Assembly (NCBI RefSeq): GCF_037042905.1
Contig: NC_087251.1
Location: 13,394,001 to 13,458,000, forward strand
Reading direction: 5' to 3'
DNA: 64,000 bases
Source: Lytechinus pictus
Lineage: Eukaryota
Made by a program: the position numbers and the translations under genes
Notes under the pieces: model-generated
Told to the model about the DNA's origin: nothing
The model's database searches: none
What the model saw: the letters and a program-made list of their open reading frames with translations, nothing else
In this document: piece by piece, positions 53,683 to 64,000 of the stretch
Layout of the letters: every line of letters begins with the position of its first letter
Position numbering within the stretch: the stretch's first letter is position 1

Positions 53683-56278
53683 CACAGTGGGCCAGAATGA
53701 ACCCAAAGTGCGCCAAAACCCATTATTCACACATTTGTATGATTAAATTTGGTAGATAGGGGTAATTTCACCCGTAGAATTCAATAAAAGTATTTTCAAA
53801 TATTGATGACGTCGTTAAAATACTGTTTTCTGATTGGCTGTTAACATTTGAGCAGAAATTACATGTTTCTAATTCTACAATAAGTTTCAAATTTTCAGAA
53901 ACAAGTTTTAGATAAATTTCAGCAATAATTAAGCATATTAGCAAACAGCAAACACAAAAAAAGGCAACCAAACCAGAAAAGTCTGTGCTCGGGGTACAAA
54001 TAATTCAATTGGTGACTTGAGTATCGCTTAAAGAGGGCGCCCTACCATGAATCCGGAATTGTACAATTCAAAGTGAAATTGTAAAAAAAAATGAAAAGGA
54101 GTATTCTATTCCCTGTGTACAATGATTAACCACACCTACATGAAATAAATTGGATTGATACCAGAAGTGGACAGTGAAATCGTTAAAATAATGATTCCAG
54201 TGATTAGAGGCCGGGTCCTCTGCAGGTTAATCAGTACAAGGCCCTACAAGGCCTACCTATTTCACCAAGAACGGCGCATACAAAGTTATTCCGAATCAGA
54301 GTCTCTCTCTACTATCTCAACAACTATTATGTCTTTGGTGAGAGTATCTTTTAGCATACTTTGAACATCAGAGGGAAGAGGCTGTGATTGTTGTACTCTT
54401 AAAAACTTCAACTAATCACAATGTCACATGTTAACATTAGCCTGTGGAATACATATAAAGTCAATGAGAATCATAAACCAAACAATCCTTTAAATGATAA
54501 TATACACTTCCTTCTTGATCGATACTAACAATTATAGCAAATTTAGAATGAGCCACGAGATAAACGAATTCATACGTGTATGTGAAGTTACAAACCCTTT
54601 TGGGGGATAAATACTAATAATGAAAATGCAACTTATACATGACATATAGAGCCCACGTATATCCCACCACTGTCCAATACACATTTTCATATTTTGTCAG
54701 AAAACTGCGAGAGACCTATCACATCCCTAGTCATGTGTGTTATAGCGATATACAGTAGCCCCTACTTGGTTTATGAACAACAAACCAAACATATAATCTT
54801 ACCCGGGAATCTTACCTTAAGAATTAATCTTCTCAGTATGACAGCATATCAAATATGGAACACGGGATGGAACAGTTTGGCATCAAAATGAAGTTGCGTT
54901 ACATGTATTATTATATAGTTAGTGGAATTGGAAATGAAAGCTTGCCTTTACGTATGTTTAACGAAAATATTTTAAAGGCAGACACCAGTGACAAGAGCCA
55001 CACACTTGAGCCAGACACCCCCCCCCCCCCTCTCTCTCTCTCTCTCCCAGAACGCGACGGGGAGTTTGATGTTTAAAGGAGAATGAAACTCTTGGAGCAA
55101 GTTAGCTTTTGTGAAAGCAAAAAAATCAAAGAATAAGATCAACAAAAGTTTGAGTAAAATAGGACTAGCAATAGAAGAGTTATGAGCATTTGAATGTCGA
55201 GATCACTAATGCTATGGAGATCCTCCCATTGGCAACGCAACCAAGATCTATGATATCACAGATGAACAACTCTCCCCTTTTGGACACTGAAAATATACCC
55301 CAAAACATCTCTTTTTGCTCATTCTAATCATATGACAAACGATTCATCAATGATATAATGTTGTGAAACCTCTGTACTTGTCCTCTCATAAAGAGAACAC
55401 CTCACCTTGTGATAGATTCTATAAAAGTGAGAATATAATTGAAATAAGTACTAAAGCAATGAGGGAGTTGTACGTGTGTGACATCACAGATCTTGGTCGC
55501 ATTGCCAATGGGAGGATCTACATGGCATTAGTGATCTCAATATTCAAATGCTCATAACTTTCTTATTATTCATTCAATCTTCCTCAAACTTTCAACAATA
55601 TGTTTCTTTGTTTTTTCTCTTTGATATGGATTCAGCTGGTTTCAAGGGTTTCATTCTCCTTTAATGTCACCCGCAACGTTCGGCATGCACGCGCATAATG
55701 GGACAGTAACTTGGAACGATTTTTGTGATAAAATACGGCGAACATGTGGTTGGAAAATTGGTTATATCTCCAGGAAATGCACGTATATGCAGCTAAATTT
55801 GGTATCAGTGTAAAGCATGAACTATAACAAAGACCGCCATGGTATTTACAGCGCAGCAATCGGCAGCAATTTGTAAAAGAAATGCTCATGAAAAAAAAAT
55901 TGCTAAAAACCCCCCATTGTCAAATGGTTTCGTCCAAAATTGCCTCTGAAGGGATTATCATTTTATCTTGAAAATCTTTGATCACTTAAAAAAATTATTC
56001 ATCAAAGAGCACCGTGAATTAGAAATAAATTAAGTAATCCGTTTTGTTAAAACAGTGAAATATCTAAAACGTGTCATTTACACATGCGGTAGCCGTAAAG
56101 AGTCATTTTCCGGTAATATTGAATAAAAATGGGCAACTAATATTAAATTTAATGGAGAAATATTGAACGGAGGCATTCTACAGGTTCTTATCTTTGCTTA
56201 GAACATGAAAAAAACCAAATTTGTTTCATGACCAAAAACCAGTTTTGGCGCACTTTTGCTCTCTCCTGGCCCACTGTG
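53683..56278. mobile_element. Non-autonomous Transib/RAG-transposon-type element with RSS-like termini
   Basis: CGCCG|CACAGTGGGCCAG ... CTGGCCCACTGTG|CGCCG: exact 5-bp TSD (53678-82, 56279-83); 37-bp bipartite TIRs (53683-53719, 56242-56278) sharing AAAGTGCGCCAAAAC. Confidence 0.88.
55077..55660. mobile_element. TTAA-flanked MITE (Kolobok-like AGG termini) nested in the Transib-like element
   Basis: ttaa|aggagaatgaaac ... gtttcattctcct|ttaa; about 80-bp internal inverted repeat (gttatgagcatttgaat...gatcctcccattggcaa / ttgccaatgggaggatc...attcaaatgctcataac). Confidence 0.9.
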
Positions 56279-56948
56279 CGCCGTCGGAAAAGCGGCGCCT
56301 ATTATAGTCTCGCTCTGATATGCAGGCCAGACCAAAATGTGAGTGCAGAGCGCGAGGTGGCTTTTATAATTGACCTGAAAATGGGAAAATCAGTTAATCT
56401 CATTTTGTAATCGTGAATACGATACGTACAGATGCGTCACAAAACAACCTGACAAGGGAGATTTTTTAAAAAAATGTAGAAATTCGCGAACTTCATACAT
56501 CTCACTATACAAATCAAAGGCAAGCGCATAGTGCGAAAATCCCCAAGCTATTGCTATTTGAACGATATCAGCAATAAAGAGGAACCAATAATACATTTTG
56601 GTTCGTCACCACCGACATGTAAAATTTGGTCTGCACTGAATATCATAATCATCTTGTCCTACCCAAATTCGTCCTTTTTTTTCGGAACGCTTTCCCCATT
56701 CAATGTTTTTTTTTTTTTTGCAGATTGATTCCACCCACAGGCAATCGTCCTGAGGTACGTGGTTGTAAGATGACGATGATGGCGCTATCAAAATAAGAAG
56801 AAAGTACATTATTAAATTTCTGTTGATCCACCTAATTTTTTTGTGGCCCCCCTATAATTTTGGTTGAAACCCTTTTTCTTTTTTTGCTTGTCCAATTATT
56901 TACCTGTGTCCATCCCAAAATTTCAGGTGGACCCCCCCCCTAAAATGT

Positions 56949-57216
56949 GGAGCGTTGTGGCCCAGTGGATTAGTCTTCGGACTTTGAAACAGAGGGTCGT
57001 GGGTTCGAATCCCAGCCATGGCGTAATTTCCTTCAGCAAGAAACTGATCCACAGTGTGCTGCACTCAACCCAGGTGAGGTAAATGGGTACCGGTAGGAAG
57101 TAATTCCTTAAAAAGCTGTGTGCGCTATGAACGCCTAGCTTAGCCGGGTAATATAGGAGCGCCTTGAGCACCTAACAAGGTGGATATGTGCGCAATATAA
57201 ATACCCTATATTATTA
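56949..57216 (+). mobile_element. Full-length tRNA-derived SINE
   Basis: A box TGGCCCAGTGG, B box GGTTCGAATCC, central cccaggtgaggtaaatgggtacc, LINE-like 3' end gagcgccttgagcac...gtggatatgtgcgcaatataaat and (tat)n tail. Confidence 0.9.
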
Positions 57217-58598
57217 AATTTGTTGGCTTTCGCCACCAATGACCGCACATGAACGGAAGTGAAGTAAAAGTAAAATATATTTATAAATTAATAACAATAA
57301 TTTATTTTACTCAGTGAACCAACTTATGAAACTGCTCTATCATGTGATGTGGGCCCTGCATTACACGATATAATAATTATCACTACCCTTCTCCAATCTT
57401 AACGCTGAGCGCCTAGCAAAGTCTGTGATATGATTCAGCAAGGGGCGCTCTTTCACCATGTCTGGTCCAATCATAAATGAATATCATAAATATAAGTTTG
57501 GATTAAAGAAAAAATGTTTTCTTATTATTATCTCAAGAAGAATGATCAAGGCACGGACTAAAACAATTATCATGATTATATCAGGGAGGTTTGGTCTGCG
57601 TCATGAGATTGTAGATCTGAGCATGTGCAGATGTAGATATATATTTGTACTGAAATATAAAACCTAATGACATGGAATTCTTAGAGTTTTATCTGCCATA
57701 GCAACACTAAATCCACACAAACTGGATTCCAAACACCTAAATCAAATGAGGGCAAAATGTCTCGAGCTGCTTGGTTAGAGCTGGAATTATAATTATAAAT
57801 AATGATAATAATACTGATTTGTGCGTATTTTCTGCGCTGTAATTAAGAGCTTATATGAAATACTTGAGGACAAATTTAGAGAACAGGGAAAAAGGGAATG
57901 TATGCTGGGAATTAACTATATTAGGGCCTATATATGACTATACTCTTTGTAATATTGATATAGCGGGGTGGAAAATAGAGATTTTTATGTTCTGGTAAAA
58001 AGTTTATTTGCCTTGCACTATTTACATTCTGAATGTGTTCATTTCAGTTGTCAGCTTTCTGAGTCAAGCTGGCGTTTGCAATGCGTAGAAGTGAAAGGTA
58101 AAATAATTCAAACTTATGGCTCGGTTGTTAGGCGTTTGGGATGTCTGGGATTTAGAATTAGTATTTTTCGGGGCTCAAAGGATTTGGAAGAGTGGAGTTG
58201 AATACTATATTAGAATTTATTGACAGTCCAGCTGAACTGAAATATTTGTTTATTCTGCTTCTGATTTCCTGTTCTCCGGCTCGCTTGCATTCTTCAAGAG
58301 GGGGTGGAGAGAGATAATTGAGTAGAGCTGTACAGGGAGTGGTTAAAATGTGAGAGTCGCAGAGAAAGGAAAGTTGATCGAGAGAGCGATTGGGGGAGTG
58401 GTAAAGAGAGGTTAGGTAAGAGGGAAGATGATGGAAAGCCGAAGAACTTGAATTTGGAATTAGAATACGCGCATCAATTAGTTCCGTTTTATACAATAAT
58501 ATTACAGGCGGATTAATTTGGCGCATAGCACCAAAAAAGCGATAGGCCTATCATTCCTATAGGACCGATTTTGGGAAGGGTTTTCTCGCCATAAGGTA

Positions 58599-60670
58599 TA
58601 GTCCAGGATAGGCCCCATAGAAAATTGACCAAACCTTGTTTTTTCATTATATACAATACTTTTTGCTGGTTTCTTGTCAATTCGAGGGTGCTGATTACGA
58701 ATCTGAATGATGCCACTAATGTAACCTTGAGCACTTTCCGCAAATTGGCAAAATCCAATATGGCCGCCAAAATATGCAAATTTCCCATGAAATTCATAAA
58801 ATTGCCTGCATATTTGCTATAAAATGCATGAAATTGTGTGGCAGGAGTGAAATACTCTCTGAAAAAATAGTTTTTGACAAACTATATATTTTCTGGATAT
58901 TCAAAATGGCCGCCATAGGCCCCTGTATACTCTATTATGTACAATATAGGGAAAACTATAATTTTCACAAAAATTAGCACTAAACTGCAAGAATTGTGAA
59001 CGAAGTACTCACGGTATGCAAATCATCATCATGAGATATATCATTTATTTTGTCATGTATGGGAAAATTGCTGTATTTTGATATTTAAAATAGCCGCCAC
59101 TGACCCAAACAGTATAATACAATTGCAATGGGGGCCAAATAATTCACAAGAGTGAGCACTAAAATGCATAAATATTAAGATAAACGAGTGGAATACTGAC
59201 TATAAAACAAAATTGTTAGCGAAATATATTATTTAATATGCCATGTATGTGATAAATGCTGTATTTTAAAATTCAAATGGCCGCCATAGGCCCTATATTT
59301 ATTATGTACAATGCGAAAGGAGAAACTAATTTTCACAAGAGTAAGAAACATGAAATGCATGTAATATTGTCTGAAAACATGTTTTCTAGCGAGACATTTC
59401 TTTTGTCATGTATGAGATAAATGCTCTATTGTGAAATTCAAAATGGCCCCTATTGGCCCTAACAGTATTATCTACAATGTAAATGGGGACATAATAATTT
59501 TGTAAGAATTTGGATTTGCTTGACTAGGACATCCATATAATCCTGTTGTATGAGTAAAATACTATTTGAAAACATAATTTTCATGAATTATAGCATTTCT
59601 TCTGCCATGTAGGTGATAAATATTGTATTTTGACATTTAAAATAGCCGCTACAAGCCCTAACTAAATTATGTAACATGCGTATAGGGAAACTAATTTTCA
59701 CAAGAGTGAGAATCATAAAATGCATGTAACTGTGATGTACGAGTAAAAATATTGTATTAAACATGTTAAACATGATTTCTAACTACATATTGGTCATGGA
59801 GGTAATGTTGTTCTTTGAAATCCAAAATGGCTGCCATAATGTACATTGTAACTTGGGACATATAATTTTGACAGAATTTGGCTTTGCTGGGCTCTAAATA
59901 TTGTATATTGGGATGTTAGGGTGACATTGTCTAAAACCATGGTTCCTAACGAGATATAGCATATCTTGTGTAATTAAGTTGATAAATGCTGCATAGGCCC
60001 TTTAGATAATTTTACAAAATGACATATGGTGGCCATTTTGAATGTTGAAATGTCGTATTTATCACCTAAATTATATAAGATATGATATATTTTGTTATAA
60101 ATCATGTTTTCAGACAATATTTCACTCATAATAATTATATACAATACCATTTAGTCAAGCAAAGCCAAAATCTGTTGAAATCATTTGTTCCCATTCACAT
60201 AATAAACCGTAAGGGCCTGTAGTCCCCTGTAGTGGACTTGACTTTAAAAATACAGTATTTAACACTTAACTTGCAGAATAAATGATATATCTTGTTAGAA
60301 ATTATGCTTTCAGACAATTTTACTCATGGATCACTATTACTTGCATTTATGGGCTCACTCCTGTGAATATTGGTCTCACAGTTTGCATTATACATAATAC
60401 AGTCAATGTCTATATGGCAGCCATTTTGAAAGTCAAAATAAAGTATTTAACACAAATTTGAAACCTGAATGATATATTTCGTTAAAAATCTGTTTTTTTT
60501 AGACAGTATCCCATTACTTTATCACATAATTTATATATGCATTTTAGTGCTCACTCTTGTGATTTCTTTGGTCCTCTTTCTCATTGTATATAATACTGTT
60601 AGGGTCTTTTGCAGCCATTTTGAATATCAAAATACAACATTTATCACATACATGGCACATTAAATATAGA
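58599..60670. mobile_element. Foldback-type element with ~185-bp subrepeats (direct, then inverted); TAG start suggests Academ-like
   Basis: Starts TAGTCCAGGATAGGCCCCA; units containing aaaatggccgcc at about 58.9, 59.08, 59.27, 59.44, 59.63 and 59.82 kb, then the reverse complement gccattttga at about 60.03, 60.42 and 60.61 kb. Superfamily is inference. Confidence 0.6.
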
Positions 60671-60698
60671 CGGGTCAATATACGACCAAAAATAGCCT

Positions 60699-63600
60699 TA
60701 CCCGGAACAAATTGCAACAAATGATTTTTCAACGGTATTTTGTACTATTTGACCTCAGGAATAACATACTAAAAATCTACCAAAATCCGCATACGGGAAA
60801 GTGGTTATTTTCAAGATGGCGTCCAAGATGGCCGCCATTCACTGAAAATTGATACAAATGACACATTATCCACCATAGAATCCTAATTCGGTTCATATTC
60901 CATGGTCTGGGGGTAAAAAAATTGATATAGGCTAGAATGAATTATAAGCCCTCCAGTGTACCAGGCAAATCCAAGATGGCGCCCAAAATGGCTGCTGTAG
61001 GCTGAAAATCCACAATTCATCTAAATTTGTTTTCTATTCAATGGTTTTGAGGGTGAAATAGTACATTGAAACAAGTTACAAGGACAGCCAGTGGTCTGGT
61101 GTGTCCAAGAATCCAAGATGGCTTCCAAGAATGGAGTTTAAAATGGCTGTTGATAATTAAAATGGACAAAGTTCATTTCATATTCGCCTGGGACATAATG
61201 ATTTTGGTGACTAGACCATGATTTCAATGGTCAAATAAGACATTGGGACAAGTTACAAGGACAGTCAGTGGTGCAGTATGTTAAAAAATCAAAGATGGCT
61301 TCCAAAAATGGAGTCGAAAATTGCTGTTGCTACTTAAAAAAATCCGACATAGTTTGTTCAATGTCCAGAAATATGATTTTTGTGTCTCTACCATGGTTAA
61401 ATGGGTCAAATAATACATTGGGATAAGTTACAAGGAAAGTCAGTGGTCTGGTATGTGCAAAAATCCCCGATGGATTTCAAAAAATGATTCTGAAATGGCT
61501 GCTAATACTTAAAGCGGACAAAGCTCATTTCATTTTGACCTGGGATATGTGATTTTCATGTCTAAACCACTGGTTTCAAGGGTCAAATAATATATTAGGA
61601 TAAGTTACAAGGAAAGTCAATGGTCTGGTATGTCCAAAAATCGAAGATGGCGTCCAAAAATTGATCTTAAAAATATGCTGCTGATACTTAAAGCGGACAA
61701 AGCTCATTTCATATCGGCCTGGGAAATGTGATTTTGGTGTCTAAACCACTGGTTTGAGGGCCAAAATGATACATTAGGACATATTTTAAGGCCAGTCAGT
61801 GGTCTGGTATGACCAAAAATCCAATATGGCTTCCAAAACCTGATTTTAAAATGGCTGTTGATACTTTAAAATGGCATATATCATTTTAAATCCGCCTGTG
61901 AGATATGATTTCGGTGTCTAAACTATGGTTTCAAGGATCAAATTATATATTAGGACAAGACAATGGCAGTCAGTGGTCTAGTATGTCCAAAATTCCAAGA
62001 TGGCTTCCAAAAATGGAGTAAAAAATGTCTGATGTTACTTATAAAAGGACATAGTTTGTTTAATATCTGTATGGGGAAAATGAGTTTGGTGTTAAACCAT
62101 GGTTTAAAAAGGTCAAGTAATACACTAGGGTCAGTTACAAGACCAATCAGTTGTCTGTATTTTAAAAATCCTAGATTACTTTAAAAAAAAATGGGGTGTA
62201 AATTGACTGTTGTTACTTACAAGTATGCATAGTTTATTATAAATACACCTTGGAGGTATGATTTTGCTGTCTATGCTAGAGTTTACAGGGTCAAGCAATA
62301 CATTTGGTTAAGTTGAAAGGACAGTCAGGTGTCAGGTATGTCCAAAAATCGAAGATGGCTTTAAAAATGGGGGTCTTAAATGGCTGCTGTTACTTAAAAG
62401 TGGATGCAGAACATTATAAATACACCTTGGGGATATTATTTTGGTGTCTACACTAGGGTTTCAAGGGCCAAACAATACTTTGGGACTGGTTACCATGATA
62501 TGCAGCTATCCATTTTGCCTCAAAATCCAAGTAAACTTAAAAAATGGGTTCTAAAGTGACTACTGTTACGTAAAATATCTACCTGTTAGAAATAATCTAG
62601 GTTCCTGCACTTAAATGCATGGGGACAAGTTATTATTGTTTCATGAGTTGGTACAGCACCCATTTTGATGAAATTTTAGAATCCATCATGGATTCTTTGA
62701 CAACATTGAGTACTAACCATCCTTGTTACTTGTCCGATTGTATTATTTGACCCTTCATACCACAATTTGGACACCAACATTATTTCTTACAGGTGAATAT
62801 TGTAGAACTCTGACCACTATTGAATATGAGTCGTTTTAGATTCCCTTTTTAAAAACCCTCTTGTGTTTTAGGCAAACTGGACAACTGCATATCAATGTAA
62901 CCAGTCCAAACGTATTGTTTTAACCATGAAACCATAGTGTGGTCACCGAAATCATATCTCCTTGGTGGATAATGAACTATGTCCATTTTAAAAGTAACAG
63001 CAGTCATTTTAGACTCCGATTTTTGGAAGCTTTCTTAGATTTTCGACATACTGGACCACTGACTGTCCTTGTAACTAATTTTATTCCTTTTGAAACCATG
63101 ATATAGGCAACAAAATCATATGCCCTTGACGAATATAACATGAACAATTTGCATTTTTAAATACCATCGCGGCTAATTGATACTATTTTTTAAGCCACCG
63201 TGGACTTTTGGACATACTTGACCACCCATCGTCCTTGTAACTTATCCCAATTTATTATTTGACCCATTTAACCATGGTATAGGCACAAAAATCATATTCC
63301 CGGATATTGAACGAACTATGTTGGGTTTTTTTAAGTAGCAACAGCATTTTTTACTCCATTTTTGGAAGCCATCTTGGATTTTTTAACATACCGGACCACT
63401 GACTGTCCTTGTAACTTGTCACAATGTATTATTTGACCATTGAAACCATGGTCTAGACACCAAAATCATATCTCTCAGGTAGATGTGATATGAGCTATGC
63501 CCATTTTAAGGATAAACAGCCATTTTAAACTCAATTTTTGGAAGCCATCTTGTATTTTTGGACACAGCGGACCACTGACTGTCCTTGTAACTTGTCACAA

Positions 63601-64000
63601 TGTATTATTTGACCATTGAAACCATGGTCTAGACACCAAAATCATATCTCTCAGGTAGATGTGATATGAGCTATGCCCATTTTAAGGATAAACAGCCATT
63701 TTAAACTCAATATTTTTGGAAGCCATCTTGTATTTATGGACACACCAGACCACTGACTGTCCTTGTAACTTGTCCCGATGTACTACTTCACCATTAAAAC
63801 AATCGAATGGAAACCAAATTAAAGCCACTTAAGTAAGTAATAGATGAATTGTGGATTTTTTAGACTACGGCAGCCAATTTGGGCGCCATCTTGGATTTTC
63901 CTGGTACCTTGGAGTGCTAATATTCACTCTAACTTGTCTAAATAAATTCGTTTACCCATTGGACCATGGAATATGAACCCAAATAGGATTCTAGGGTGGA
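60699..64000. repeat. Large palindromic array of ~177-bp units (probably a second foldback element; right end beyond the window)
   Basis: About 9 units (ggacaagttacaaggacagtcagtggtc...ccaagatggcttcc) at 61.07-62.5 kb, about 7 inverted units at 62.7-63.8 kb; 60870-61023 mirrors 63841-64000. Confidence 0.9.

Larger units (their letters stand above)
52853..56337 (-). mobile_element. Non-autonomous Helentron/HINE-type (DINE-1/pearl-like) element, interrupted by the Transib-like element
   Basis: AACAAG at the left end; tagtctcgc motif near both ends; terminal stem-loop gtctcgctctg...gcaggccagac followed by aaaa; 3-4 tandem ~170-190-bp tgacctttgacc units (52990-53660); GCC microsatellite near the end. 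Confidence 0.7.

Noticed and set aside
55632..55889. Cys-containing minus-strand ORF (NCCRLLRC) at the right end of the Transib-like element as a RAG1 N-terminal remnant
   Set aside because: No CRxCG or RING spacing or other RAG1/Transib motif recognisable; it runs into the nested MITE.
56949..57025. tRNA gene
   Set aside because: A and B boxes continue into a SINE body and tail; no proper acceptor stem.
58158..58526. 122-aa ORF as a LINE ORF2 fragment
   Set aside because: No RT or endonuclease motif identifiable.
60810..63900. Repeated CAAGATGGC/GCCATCTTG as ProtoRAG-type TIR boxes, or the arrays as CRISPR
   Set aside because: Not linked to a CAC heptamer terminus and matches the common YY1-like motif; units are fully repeated with no unique spacers, in a eukaryotic context.

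Overview
AT-rich, intron-containing animal DNA; the repeat landscape suggests a marine invertebrate deuterostome such as a sea urchin (inference). The window holds the 5' part of one gene on the minus strand, a Na+/Ca2+ exchanger (NCX/SLC8A). It has a putative CpG-rich non-coding first exon near 47.9-48.1 kb, a 2046-nt second exon (43160-45205, CDS 43160-44934) and an intron of more than 43 kb running off the left edge. The giant exon ends at the same CBD2 position and phase as vertebrate NCX1 exon 2. The rest is non-autonomous DNA transposons, tRNA-derived SINEs, microsatellites and two large foldback satellite arrays. The most notable item is a 2.6-kb element (53683-56278) with perfect CACAGTG termini, an exact 5-bp TSD (CGCCG) and nonamer-like boxes 23 nt inside each end, i.e. 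Transib/RAG-transposon-type, RSS-like ends. It carries a short kelch-like coding remnant that might be RAG2-like (speculative). It sits inside a Helentron-type element and itself contains a TTAA MITE. All calls are from manual reading; no searches were run.
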